DNA of 64,000 bases from Lama guanicoe (Eukaryota): NCBI GenBank assembly GCA_013239625.1, contig MU057347.1, positions 12,357,388 through 12,421,387 on the forward strand, given 5' to 3'. A program made the position numbers and the translations under genes. Shown piece by piece: positions 49,820 through 61,857 of the stretch; position 1 is the first letter of the stretch; each line of letters opens with the position of its first letter. Under the pieces are notes generated by a model that did no database searches, was not told where the DNA came from, and saw only the letters and a program-made list of their open reading frames with translations.

Positions 49820-52752
49820 TTCTGTCTTGGTACTTTGACGGGGGGAAACTGAGGCCCAGGGAAAGGAAGCAATTCACTCAAGGTTATCCAAAGAGTTAGC
49901 TGTAGGCGTAAGACTGGACTCTATGTTCCTTGAATTCCAAGTAAATGATCCTTCAATGTGCCGTTTTGATGGGGTGGCTGGAGAGACCAGAAGTAATAAA
50001 ATGTTAAGGCTGGAAATGATCCTGTGAGGTTACTAAGCTGCTGTTTTCAGCCTCAAACCCAAACTTCTCAGCTCTGCTCTGTGATCCTGGGGTTGAGACT
50101 GCCATCTCCTTGGGTCCTCTGTCAGCTTCTTGCTGGGTTCGACTGTAAGGACAGTAGCATCTGGGGCCCAGTCCAGAGATAGAAACCACATCATGATGTA
50201 AACAGGGGCAAAGTTATATAAGGAATTACTACACTGTGATGAAAGAGTAACCACAGAACATAAGAGAAGTCTGGATGGTTCCCTCGGGCTAAAGCAGCGT
50301 GCCCAGGGAAAGACAAGCTTGGGAGGGGCCCCTTCCCCAAACCAGGGCTCGGATCTCTTTGTAACAGATAGGTGACCGGCCCCGGCTTAGCTGATTGGTC
50401 CGGTGGAGGAGCACTTAACAGAGTCACCAGTTCCTTCTCTCCACTTTCACTGCTGCCATTTCGGTGCAAGCCACCGTCCTCTCCCACCCGATCACTGCAG
50501 CCGTCTCCTAGCTGGTCTCCCGGTCCCCATCTCGACCCCGTATGAGGTGAGGTTCCCCAGGAGCACAGCCTACGGTCGAGACCCTTGTGAGTGTGGTTCA
50601 TTGACGGGACGCTCACGAGTGAGGGGAGGGAGGGTGCAGCACGGGGCAAGGGAGGACGGCAGCTGCAGCCCGGGCCCGTGGAGGGTCCTGGAGCAAGAAC
50701 TGTGTCCCAGACTTGGTCCCAGCTTGAGGCAAGGGGGCTGGCATTTGCATCTCCGTGTCACTCTGTCATTGCCTGTGGGCTGCCCTAGGACGTGCACAGG
50801 GGTTATAACCTCCTGGGCCAGTACTCACTCTGCGGGGGTTGGGGGGCGCCTGTGAGCCTTTATCAGCCTTGACTCAGAGCAGCTGGTGCACGAGGGCAGG
50901 CAAGGGGTCCAGGCAGGGCACCAACAGCATCACTGCCTCCGACAGTCTAGGAACAGGTGGGCGGTCAAGGCGGTCCCCCTCTTCAGTTTCTGGGAAAAGT
51001 CAGAGATGGAATCTCAGTCTCCTGAAGGGGGCTTCAAGGTTTGCTGGGCTGCTACACCATGAGCCAAGGGGTGTGACCAAAAAGGCAAGATACCACACGG
51101 GAGGTAGCATCAGACCTCCATCCAAAGAGCAGTCTCCCTCAGCCCCGACCTCGGCTTTCTGGTTGTGGGAACGCGTTTGCCTCTCTCTCTCCAGATTCAT
51201 TTCCCAGTCTGAGAACGGGACACGGACACCTGCCTCAGGGAATGATTCCTGGGACTGTCCCCCGCAGCCCAGCCCTCCCACCTGTTATACACAGCGGCAT
51301 GGATTTTGGATGGCCTGCTGGATGTTCGCATTGGTTAAAAAGCTGCTTAAAGTGACTGATTCTGAACTGAACTCCGTTTGGCGTGGACACTCAAGTACTT
51401 CCCCGCTACCTACTGTTTTGAAATCTACCGAGTTTTTCAGGAATGAAGCCATGGCGTAAACTAAGGGAAGACCCTCGTACGTCTTTTGGTTCAGGACTCA
51501 CCAGGGGCTGGTCACCCACTTGAAACTTGTGTTGCTAATGGCAAAGCTTCTCTTGGTTCCCAACTTGCCCCAAACAACACAGTGATCTCCAATCTGCGTT
51601 TGTAGTTTCCTTCACTGGGATTCTTCAGCCAAGTCCAAACATCAGATGACTTGATTACACCTTCTCGTTTCCTCGTGCCAGAGCACTTATAGGTGGAAAT
51701 GTTTTATTTGACCATGAAATGTTTTCCTCTTCCCTTTATACTATAGCTGGGATTTTACGTTGATTAAAAAATACGCATGTACGTGGGCTATGTTCTCTCT
51801 GAATTTCATCTCAGTGGAGAAAAGGGGAAATGAGAAAATGTTTGTTTTCATCATCAGGCACTGGCGCTGATGGAGTCGGGAACCACAAGTCTGAACAGAA
51901 TCAGCAGCATCGTCTTTCCCCAGGGAACCGCAGCCTCGTCTGGAGACAGCTTTGCGCTATTCCTTAGCTTGAGCCGAACTTTACCCTGTCAAGGTTCTCT
52001 CCTACCTAGGGCTCCTTTGCAAGGATCCCCCTCCTAAATGAGAGCCCGCTGGAGACCAGTGTAGTTTCTACCCCCACATCCCTGGGCTGTGTGGACCCTC
52101 CCAGAATAGGACCTGCCCACGAGGGAGCGGAGGGCTGCCTGGCTCCCCTCTGCCGGAGGTGCAGACCCGAACTTCTGCCAGATTTATGTCCCTGGCTGGT
52201 GAGCAAGTAATTTCTTTCTTCCGTAGGAGACAGAGCAACAATCAAGAAACAAACAAACACATTTTTTTTAAAAGGCAAAAAAGCTTAGTCATGCAAATCA
52301 GGGTGGGAGAGAGGGTAAAGAAAAGAACCTCATTCTTATTCTGCAACTTCAGCGGGGCCCTGGCCCAGCGGCCGGTTTCTGTGAAAACACTCGGCCCGGA
52401 ACAGCCAGCCCGCCTGCGCTAACACACATTCATAAAGGTTTGTCCCAACCGGAGTAAACACCACCGGTTCCCAGGACACCGAGAGGCAGAAAATTAACCA
52501 GAGGTTAACTGGGTCGTTGGCTGCCGCACAATGTGGGTCACCCTGGATGTAATTTAGTTCCCTTCAACTGGAGGCTCCAATGCGGCCACCGGGTCTCACA
52601 GCGGGGACGGTGACCTAGCAGCCGGCTGAGGTCTCCTGGATACCAGGCCCGGAGCCGCTGCCGTGATTCACGGCGCCTCTGACATCACTGGGCGTTTTTG
52701 TGATGCAAAGTTACGTGTTGTGTAAATGCGCACAGGGCGACCAGTGAGTCTG

Positions 52753-53304
52753 TGTGGTGCTGTTATGGGCAAGCCCACCACGGGGACATACAGAGACCTA
52801 CTGGTTTAATCAGGTAGACGTAGAAATGACGGTCACAAAGGAACACGTTTGTCAGACTCACAGAGCCACAGAAATAGGAAGAATGATGAACCATGTGGGG
52901 AAGCACCTGAGCTGGTCTGGAAGCAGAGGGAGAGAGGAGAAAACCATGGCAAAGGTCTTTATTGTGGTTTCTGTGGAGGGAACAGGTGAGGCATGGTGAG
53001 GAGGGTCAGGATTCGCTAGTTTGAATGGGTTCAGTGGATCTGGGGGCACAGGAGATGTTCCTAGCGGTCTGGCACTCGGCCCTGGGGTGACTAGAGCAGG
53101 TGCCTAGCAGCCTGGAGTGAATAAAGGAGGTGTTTGGGGGTGTGGGCTCTGGATCGGTTGGTTCACATGTGACAAGCACACACAGGTGAGTTGTTTATTT
53201 TCTCTCAAATTGGCTAACTCTGGGAGAGACAGTCCCTCCAGGTCAGGAAGGTCCCAAGATGTCAAAGCATGTGAATGTAGAAAATCAAAGACACAGTTAG
53301 CACA
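52753..53304 (-). mobile_element. ERVL LTR (MER74-like)
   Basis: Minus strand starts TGTGCTAAC..ATGCTTTGACATCTTGGGACCTTCCTGACCTGGAGGGACTG..TTAGCCAAT. Confidence 0.75.
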
Positions 53305-54714
53305 CGTACAGAGATGCGACCTGACACTCGTGTGCAGGCACGCACAGACCCGTGACTAGCTGAGTTAAAAGTACCCTCCCTTTCTGGAACGAGCAGTTAC
53401 ATTGTTTTCTCTAAAGCGTGTCTTATTACACAATGGGGCTCTTTAATTGCAAGAACACTTGGGAAATCGCAGGGATAAAGTTAAACAAATCCAAGTGTTA
53501 TAATTATACATTATGCATATGTTCTGTCTTTATATCTTATTTAGAAAGTATAAAAACCAAACAGAGAAAAGGAGGCTCAAACACCCTGCTTTCACGTGGG
53601 CAGAACCAGAAGAGAATCAAAAAGGGAGGGAACCCCGTCGTCAGTGTCACCACCACTGGCACAGGGAAGCCCGTCACGGGCTGCCACCTGAGTCAGGAAA
53701 TTTGGAAGCAGGTGTCGCTGTGACAGTCACACTTCCTGTTCCTCATGCTGAGATGCCCCAACCAGATGGCGGAGGCCTGGCGAGGAAGGACCCAGCCTGG
53801 GCCAAGGCGGGTGGCTTGGACAGCTCTGGGCTTCTAACAGGGGCATCAGAGACGTGCCCCCTCGTCACCCCACCCCCACAGTGAGCCCTTCCTGCCCCAT
53901 GTGGGGTGTTCTCGGCCCCGAAAAGATGCTTGAAGACTCAGAGATGCTTCCAGAAGCACAGGTCGTGGGATCAAGTGGGGGCCTGTCCACCCCACTCCCC
54001 TCCTTCCCCTGGACTCACTGACCTTCCTTCTGTGCCACGAACGTGCCAGGTTCATCCCTGCCCAGGGCCTTTGTCCCAGCCGTTCATCCTGCAGGGATGC
54101 TGTCCCCCAGCTCTTTGTAGGGCTGCTCTTTCTCACCTTCCAGGCTCTGCCAGCTGTCACCTTGTCGCCTCCTCACCGAGCCCCTCCTGCCCACCCTGCC
54201 CACAGCAACCCCCTCCACACTGAATGAGCTCCAAGGAAGCAGGGACCTGCCTGTCCCACTAACCCCGTGTGCCCAGCACCCCCAGTGGCCCCTGGCACGG
54301 GGTGCTACCTGGCACGTGACTGGGGAAGGACTCCGTGGGCGAGCCGGGCATCCGAAGTCCTGGGCTCACCACCCGGCCTGGTCGTTTACTGGCCCCCTGA
54401 CGGTGGGACAGCGACCCCTCCTCTCTGGGTCAAGGTTTCCTCCCCTGTGAGACGGGGCTGATACCGGAACACTCACCTCTCAGACTGTTGGGAGGCTCAG
54501 AGACAGAGAGACGCACATCAGAGTGCTTTTCTGCTCAGAGAGGGAGGGGAATGAAGCGACGGCGTCCCCGGGGCTGCTCACACCTGGCCGAAGTCAGGGC
54601 ACCTGCTCCGCAGAGCGCAGGACCGCTCGCCCCGGGGGAGCGCGCAGCCCGGGTGTGCGCATGTGCGCGCAGGTGCTAAATGTTTCATTGCCGCTCAGGC
54701 CGAATAAACGATTA

Positions 54715-54930
54715 ACAGCTAATGCTTACTGCCTGCGGGCATGCATTCACTCACTTAATCCTCACAAGCACCTGTAGGGAGATACTACCATCATCATCGT
54801 CACCACCGCCTTTCTATAGAAAAAGAAACCGAGGCACAGAGGCTCAATTACCTGCCTATTGTCGGGCAGCGGGCCGGTGGAGAGGCTGGGATTTGAAGCT
54901 GGCTACCTGGCGCCAGAGCCACTCTCCTCC
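54715..54930 (-). mobile_element. MIR
   Basis: CACTTAATCCTCACAA..GAAACCGAGGCACAGAGG..GGGATTTGAA. Confidence 0.8.
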
Positions 54931-55544
54931 CCACTCTACTTTCTATGTCTTTTCTACATTTTCTGTGTCTTCTCTATATAGTCTTCTTCCTCCCCCAACA
55001 GGGCTGTGGGTGGAGCAGGGTACACCCCTGTGAGAACCAGGCGGACGGAACACACTGCATCCTTGTGTTCATCCACAGAGGCTCCGTGTCTCTGGTCCGC
55101 CATAACATCTGTGTGAAAGTCCTCTTTGTAAACCGCATCTTTCCTTCGAGGGGAATCCTTTGACTTTGCAGTGAATAAGGGTGTGTTTGAGAAAGATTTC
55201 CCCACCTATGAAACAGGACACGTGGAATGTTCCAGACAGATGTTCTGCTTGGGAGGGGAGCTCCACTGGGAAAGGCTCACCCCTCCACCGGGTAGCATTT
55301 GCTTAATTTCCCCCTGACTCTGCAGGGCCATGCTTCCTATAGTTCCGCCAGCCAGAAGCCGGCTGCCCCACTATCTGGATGTGATTGTCTGCTGCCTCAC
55401 ATGTCACATGTGAATCCCCTCCACGCACCCCCCCAAAGGAGAGGTGGCTGCCACTGAGCATCCCTGAGGGGTCAGGTTTCAAATAAACTTGGCCTGTTCA
55501 GTCATGAAATCAGCCACGATGCATCACCATGTGTAAACTCCAGT

Positions 55545-56042
55545 GGCTCTGCACCATTCCTCCCATGAACCCTGGGATCTTGCCCTGACTCTGGAGACTC
55601 ATCGCTGCCTCCACTACCCCAGTCCCAGCCTTTTCTCTCTTCTTTGTGCTTGTCCAACCCAGTCCTGCCTCCAGGCCTTTGCACATGCCTGGAATGCTCT
55701 CCTGATGGCCTCTGCCTGCTGGAACCTCCGTGTTCATTTCAGCCCAAATAATCACATCTTCAGAAAGGCTGTCCCTGGCCTCCGTGCCTAGCATGGCCTC
55801 TGTTCCCTTCTTTCCCAACTCCACGTTTATTTCCTGGAGAGCAGTTTTACTGTCTGTATCAATGCTGTTTTTTATTTGCTTGTGAATGTGTCTCCTTTGC
55901 TAGAAAGTTGCCCTCTAAGGGCAAGGACCAGGCCTCTGTCCATTCAAACATCCCTCCCCAGTGCTTGGAGAAGGTGATCAAGAAATATTTACCCAGGAAA
56001 TAGTGGATAAATGAATGAAACAGGTCAGAGTAAATGAATGAA
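55545..56042 (+). mobile_element. L2 3' end
   Basis: GGCCTTTGCACATGCCTGGAATGCTCT ... ATGAATGAA tail. Confidence 0.8.
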
Positions 56043-56407
56043 ATTCACAGCAAGTGTAAATGCTTTTTCCCTAGAAGTCCTATTACTAAGAGAGAGAGAG
56101 AGAGAGAAAAAAAAAAAGACAGAAAAGGGAAAGGTTTGCTCACAGGACACAGGAGGCTGGACTGTATGAAGAAGTGGAAACAGGCCGCTGAGGATTTTAC
56201 GTGGAAAGTGGCATCGCCCAGATGGTCTCTATTTCTGATCCGGTCTATGGAGCAGCGGCCCCCGTTATAAGGGACAGGACCCCGTCTGCCCTGCTGGGAG
56301 CATGATGGTCCACTTCCTGGCCCTCGTGGGGCATCTGGATCCTTGTCTATTTCTTCTCTATTTTGTTTTTTAATAACTTTTTTAAAAACCTTAACCTCTA
56401 AGACTTC

Positions 56408-56543
56408 TTTTTTAATTAAAAAAATTTGGGGGGGAGGTAATTAGGTTTATTTATTTATGCATTTTAATGGAGGTACTGGGGATTGAACCTGGGACCTTGT
56501 GTGTGCTAAGCACGTGTGCTACCACTGAGCTACACCCTACCCC
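56408..56543 (-). mobile_element. tRNA-derived SINE (Vic-1-like), long-tail form
   Basis: Minus strand GGGTGTAGCTCAGTGGTAG..AGGTTCAATCCCCAGTACCTCCATTAAAA..AAACCTAATTACCTCCCCC. Confidence 0.85.
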
Positions 56544-58144
56544 AACCCTTGTTCTCTATTTTCCAAAAGGCTTTGGAGAAATGCTTTCTGGTTTTTCTAC
56601 TCTCCATCTCAGGATCTTTCTTGTCCCCTACCCACCCCGAGGGCATGTTCTCAGGACTGCTTAAGTCACAGGGACACTGATCAGGGCTCTCTTCGCTCCA
56701 AAGGAGTCACAGAGGAGCCGGGGCCTGGGAGCTGTTTTCTTTTCCTTCCACCCTGGCCTGTGGAGCCTGATAAAGGTGACCTCTTCTGCCTGCTTCATGT
56801 CAGGTGTCTGTCCTCTGAAGCCGGATTCACCCGCTGCTTTGTCTCAGTGACCCCGCATCGTGTTTATGATGTTTTTAATCCCAGAACCACCTAGGCACCT
56901 GAGAGAAAGGGGAACTGGTTATAAAAAGGAAACACTTCTCTTAATTACTCATAAACTCCAGAGTGACTCGCCCAAGGGCAGGCAGTTAGGCTGCCTGGTG
57001 TTTCTGCAGGCAGGGGCCGTGAGTCACGCCGGCCCTGCTGTGGCCGGGCTGCCTTCTGCAGACACGTCACCGCTGCCCCTGGTGGCATTTAATCAGTGGC
57101 CTTTCTGGGAGCCCCGAGGGATGCTGTCTCGTGTGAAAGATGAGAATCCACCTGCCGCTGCCTCTGGAGGGAATGTTCCAGAAGGGGGTGGCCCCAGGTT
57201 CTCCCTCTGCTGAGTTGGGGGAGAGGTTAAGGGAGATGCTTTGGCCTGTGGGGCACCCTTGGGAGGCACTAACACCACAGAATATTGTGAAGATCAGGCC
57301 CCCTCCAGGTGGGCAGAAGAGAAGGGGCCCTGACTAGACCCCCAACCCCCTCCCCATCCTGTCACAGCTACTTCACTGCTGTCAGCTCCCTGGAGACCAG
57401 CAGTCTCTTCCGTCTTTGTCTCTGTCTGGTCAGTCTGCAAAGAAAACCCAGCACCCATGACCCCTCATTCCGGAGCACAGCTCCAGGGACCAGTTTTGCA
57501 TCATTGTCTTATTAATTAAAAAATGGTTATATGATGACTTCCCCTCCCCCAAGTCCTCAACTATGAAAATTGCTTCCATATGAAACTCTTCCGATTGGAG
57601 TAAGAGAGGCGAGGGAACATCCAAATCACTTTGGAAGGATGCTGAATGCTGACCATCTCTCATGTAAGTCCTTCCTGTCAGCGCAGCAGAAACCAAAAGA
57701 CATTTGCCATGGCCTGAAACTGTAGTCATTTTTACCACAAAAATTCAACACAAAATCTTTCCTGTAAGAGCAATGCAGACTTGAAGGGGTTGCTATTGCC
57801 TTGATGAAGGTTTTCAGCCAGGTGAAGCCCGGAGAGAGAGAATTCTTCCGTGGGCGGTGATGCGAGCGTGCAGGCTCTGGTCTGGCTTCTGATTTCTTCC
57901 TCCCCCAAGTGCTTCACAGTGAGTACGCCCAGCAGAAACCAATTTGGGGTCTGCCTCTCCTGGTCACCGAGAGAATAAAATGTCATTCCTTGTCTTAGGA
58001 GAAATTAGGAGAGAGGAGATTACCAAAACAAACAGATAACAGCAACAAAAACAAAACCCCCAAGTGCAGTCTGAAAGGGAGTGAGGAGAGAATAAAATTA
58101 CGTTAATAATCTATTCCCCCCTTATATCCTCTCTTAAGATTTTT

Positions 58145-58482
58145 AAAAAATTAAAGTATAGTTAGTTTCCAATGTGTCAATTTCTGACATGCAGCATGGT
58201 GTTTCAGTCACACATGTGCACACATATATTCCTTTTCATTATCTTTTTCATTATAGGTTACTAAAGATATTGAATATAGTTCCCTGTGCTGTACAGAAGC
58301 AGCTTGTTTATCCATTTTTGTGGGGAATCTTCTTGTATTTCCAAAGTAAGGGATATTCTGCCAAAGTTCAGTAGGTATTCTGTGCGAATGTTCGGTCTGT
58401 AGGTGTAATTTTTAGTGTCATTATGAGAGAGGTTGAGCTACGCGTCCTTCTACTCCACCATCTTGGCAATCCCTGCCTCCCC
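58145..58482 (-). mobile_element. Internally deleted L1: 5' terminus fused to 3' terminus
   Basis: 58320-58482 is L1 5' UTR-like (CAAGATGGTGGAGTAGAAGGAC on the minus strand); 58145-58315 is L1 3' end-like (GATATTGAATATAGTTCCCTGTGCT); AAGATTTTT on both flanks. Confidence 0.7.
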
Positions 58483-59009
58483 TTTGAAGATTTTTGTGTG
58501 TGGGGACATTGCTTACAAAAATACTGCAGATCTACACCCGAGCATCAGTATCAAAAAAGATTCTCGTCTGACTTAGCAGAGAAAAGAAAAATACTAGACA
58601 GACAAAGATTGAATCACCCTCCAATTTATAATTGGGACTCAGTCTGTGGAGTGGAGGATGGTTTCTTGCCAAATGGTCTCCTACTGGGGACATTTGCCAC
58701 TTCCTTGCATTGATAGTCTTGTCACAGGCGGTCTCTTGTACTGTGTTAACCTAGAAACACAAGGAGTCAGTGATAAAGGCCCAGCCCTGCCCTACCCACT
58801 TGTAACCTGGACACATCAAGTCTCCCTGGCCTTTCTTTGCCCGTGGAGCTGTGCTACGTGAACTTTAAGGACCTTCGTATAACTCCAATGTCTTGACTTC
58901 AAGAACCAGGGTGGTTTTGAGGAGGGTGCATTGCACACGAAGAATCATCAAGGGAAGGCCCTGGTTTAATCATCTACCACTTACTATTGTGTGACTCCGG
59001 AGCAAATAG

Positions 59010-59520
59010 ACAGATGGCTTGTGGTTGCAAGGAAGAGAGGATTCAGTGCAAACAGCTTGAACAATAAAGGGATTTATGGGCTCAAGCCTTAAAGAATCCC
59101 AGAGATAAAAGGATTCAGGTATGATCGATCAGGTTGTGGTTCAGTTTCCCTGAAGTTCTCTTGGTTCCTCCCATTCCGAAGGGTCAATGCTGATTTCAGA
59201 CTGTCTTCCCTCGTGGTAGCAAGGAAGGGCTGCCGTGGTTCTGAGAGCTGCATCTACATTCCCCTTGCCCAGTGAGAACCTAAGAAAAGCCTGGGAGTCC
59301 AGACAAACATCTTACAGCTCACTACCCACCTGGGCAGTTGCCCATCCTTGAACCAGTCAAGGTAGGGGAGTGTGATGAGCTGACCGGTTAGACCAATCAT
59401 GGTCCACTGCTAGAACTGGGCCGGGGTATCAGGCCCATGAGGCTACTGGGCTGGGAGATCCTGGGTCACATGAAGAAGGGATGGTAAAAAGTTGCCTGAA
59501 ATCCCTTGACAGGTGCCCAT
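59010..59520 (-). mobile_element. MaLR LTR (old MLT1-type)
   Basis: GGTTGCAAG..CAGCTTGAACAATAAAGGGATTTAT; CCCATCCTTGAACCAGTCA. Confidence 0.6.
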
Positions 59521-59737
59521 GGCATGGACAAAGTCATTGGATTTCCTTCTTGGAAAACCAGCAATAATGATAATCATAGCTTCTTCCAACTTTTCAATGT
59601 TGTCAAATAATCATAAGAGATCCCGGTAGGAAGGTGCTTTGGAATCAGCAAAGCCCCGTATAACAGCAGGAGGAGCAGACATTGTGTTTGTTACTTTCAT
59701 TTAAAAAAATTTTAGACCCCTCTCATTGGGGTTTGTA

Positions 59738-59823
59738 TTTTTATTTTACTTATTTATTTATTGTTAATGGAGGGACTGGGGATTGAACCTAAGCATGCAC
59801 TCGACCATTGAGCTCTACCCCCC
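59738..59823 (-). mobile_element. Internally deleted Vic-1-like SINE
   Basis: TTAATGGAGGGACTGGGGATTGAACCTAAGCATGCACTCGACCATTGAGCT lacks the segment between the B box and CTAAGCATG seen in the other copies. Confidence 0.75.
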
Positions 59824-60333
59824 AAATCATTACTGTTATTTGTATTAATGCACCAAAATTTGTCTGTTTACTGTGAAATTGGTTCCTTCAGGATGACAGA
59901 ATGCTTAATGTCTGATATCTCAATCATCAAGGAAACTGAAAATTCTGTTTCTTTACTGTAAAATCAATATGGCATGAAATGGATTTTTTAATTAAAATTA
60001 ATTTTCATTACACAAGCAACACATAAGTATACTCTCCCTGTAAGACGTTCAAAACATGAGAGACAAGCCGAAGTCCCTAATGACCGCCCAGCTTCCACCC
60101 ACCCACACGCAACCACTGTTATCAGTTGGGTGTGATGAAAACCCTTGCAGGGTTTTCTTCCTACGCAGTTGTCCATATGGTCACTCAGATTAAAATATGT
60201 AAATATTCATTCCTTCGACAAATGCTTATTGAGTTCCCACCCTGTGCCAGCCAAGCACAACATCCACAGAAAATACAGGCCTGAATGAGGCAGAAAATGA
60301 ACAAAAGATACAGGGCAGGGTAAAGACATGGCA

Positions 60334-60477
60334 GGGGCGGGGCCAGTTTAGGTGTGGGGAAGTGGGGGCGGGGCCAACCTAGGGGTGGGGCCAATCTAGG
60401 TGCAGGGCCACTCTGGGAGGAGGGGCAAGGTAGGGGCAGGGACAAGCTGGGGGCGGGGCCACAGCAGGGGCGGGGCC
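60334..60477 (+). repeat. Degenerate 17-bp-period G-rich minisatellite built from GC boxes
   Basis: GGGGCGGGGCC or variants at 60334, 60351, 60365, 60382, 60399, 60416, 60433, 60450 and 60467. Confidence 0.75.
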
Positions 60478-61129
60478 TTGCCATCGGTTGGAAGGCTGAG
60501 ACAAAGACTGCTCACCCAGGACCTCCCCAGGTGTTTCACGTTCCCTCCACTGCTCTGCTGACGGTTTTCATTATAGTCTTAAAAACCGTCATGCCAACAC
60601 ATTTCTTTAAAAAACACTATTGAAAACGCACCACTTTGGAGAATTTGCTCGGGGGAATAACCCTGCCCAGGCACTTTTTCTATCCTTTGCTTCTTGTGGA
60701 GGCCTGACCTATTGAGGGTCTGCATGGCCAGTAAGTACCTCCATCTCTAGTAAATAGCAGGTAAGTGCCTTGAGAGCTCAAGAGAGATGGCAGAAGAAAA
60801 GAAAAAGCTTGATTTTAGGGCTTTTAGTGGCATTTAGTCCCTGCTTGTGAGCACATTTTCATTTTGCACCAGCCACACAAATTATGCAATTGGACCTGTC
60901 TGCAGAGCTGTCATAAATCTGCTATGTGTCACCCTCTGTCCCCTCTCCACTCTTTCTCAGAGTCGGTGGGAGGAACTCTATGGAGGTACCATCTCCTCCC
61001 AGTCTTCCCAGCTTCATGTACGGCAGTCCCGACCTCTTGGCTCAGGCCAGCACCGGGGAGTCGTCCTCCCTCCTTTCCGTCCACACCCCACTTCTCTTCC
61101 AGCAGCACATCCTTCCAGCTCTTCCTGCA

Positions 61130-61857
61130 AGACATCACCAGCATCTGATCCCCTCTCACCGCCTCCACTGTGACCACCTGTCTCAGGCCACCATCACCTC
61201 CTTTTGGCCTCCCGGTGGGTCTACCTGCTCCAGCCCTTGCCCCACACTCCCAACCTGTTTTCAGCCCAATAAGCCTGTTCAGATATAAACCAGATCCTGT
61301 CCCACTGACTCTCACTTCCCTCAGAGAAAATGCTGAAGTCTTCACTGTGTCCACGGGCCTGAGATGATCTGTCCCCCTGCCTGCCATCACCTGTCACCTC
61401 TCTAGACTGAGCTCCCACCTTGCTCCCCTTTGCCCACTTGGCTTCTGCCACACTGGCCTCCTCACAGCTCCTCAGACTCATCCCTCCCCTTCCTTCTCAG
61501 GACTTGACCTTGGCTGTCCTCTGCCAGCATCACTCCGCTCCCCCAAGCCCCAGGCAGCTCCCCCCAACCTTCCAGCTTCAGCTCAAATGTCACCTCATCA
61601 GCCAGGCCTTCCCGGGCCACCTGGTCAACCTGGAGCCCACCCCAGCACCCCCTCTTCCATTATTCTGCTTTATCGTCTCCACGGCATCGCCCTGCATCGG
61701 ATGGGCTGCATCTTCACCCTGTGATCTGTCCCTGTCCTTCCTCCCACTACATCGGCTCCATGAGGACTGGAGCCTCCTGCTCTGCTCAGGCCATGTCCCC
61801 AGGGCCCAGAGTAGGCACCAGGTGCATACTTGCTGCGTGTTTGGGTGAATGAATGAA
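61130..61857 (+). mobile_element. L2 3' part
   Basis: CAGGCCACCATCACCTC..CACACTGGCCTCCT..CAGCTCAAATGTCACCTC..TGAATGAATGAA tail. Confidence 0.85.

Noticed and set aside
14250-52300. About ten octamer (ATGCAAAT) matches across the window
   Set aside because: Scattered, several inside repeats; not clearly above mammalian background
57060-57320. CTCF-like motifs (e.g. CCACCAGGGGCAG on the minus strand)
   Set aside because: Each is a base short or long relative to the core consensus; common by chance in GC-rich DNA
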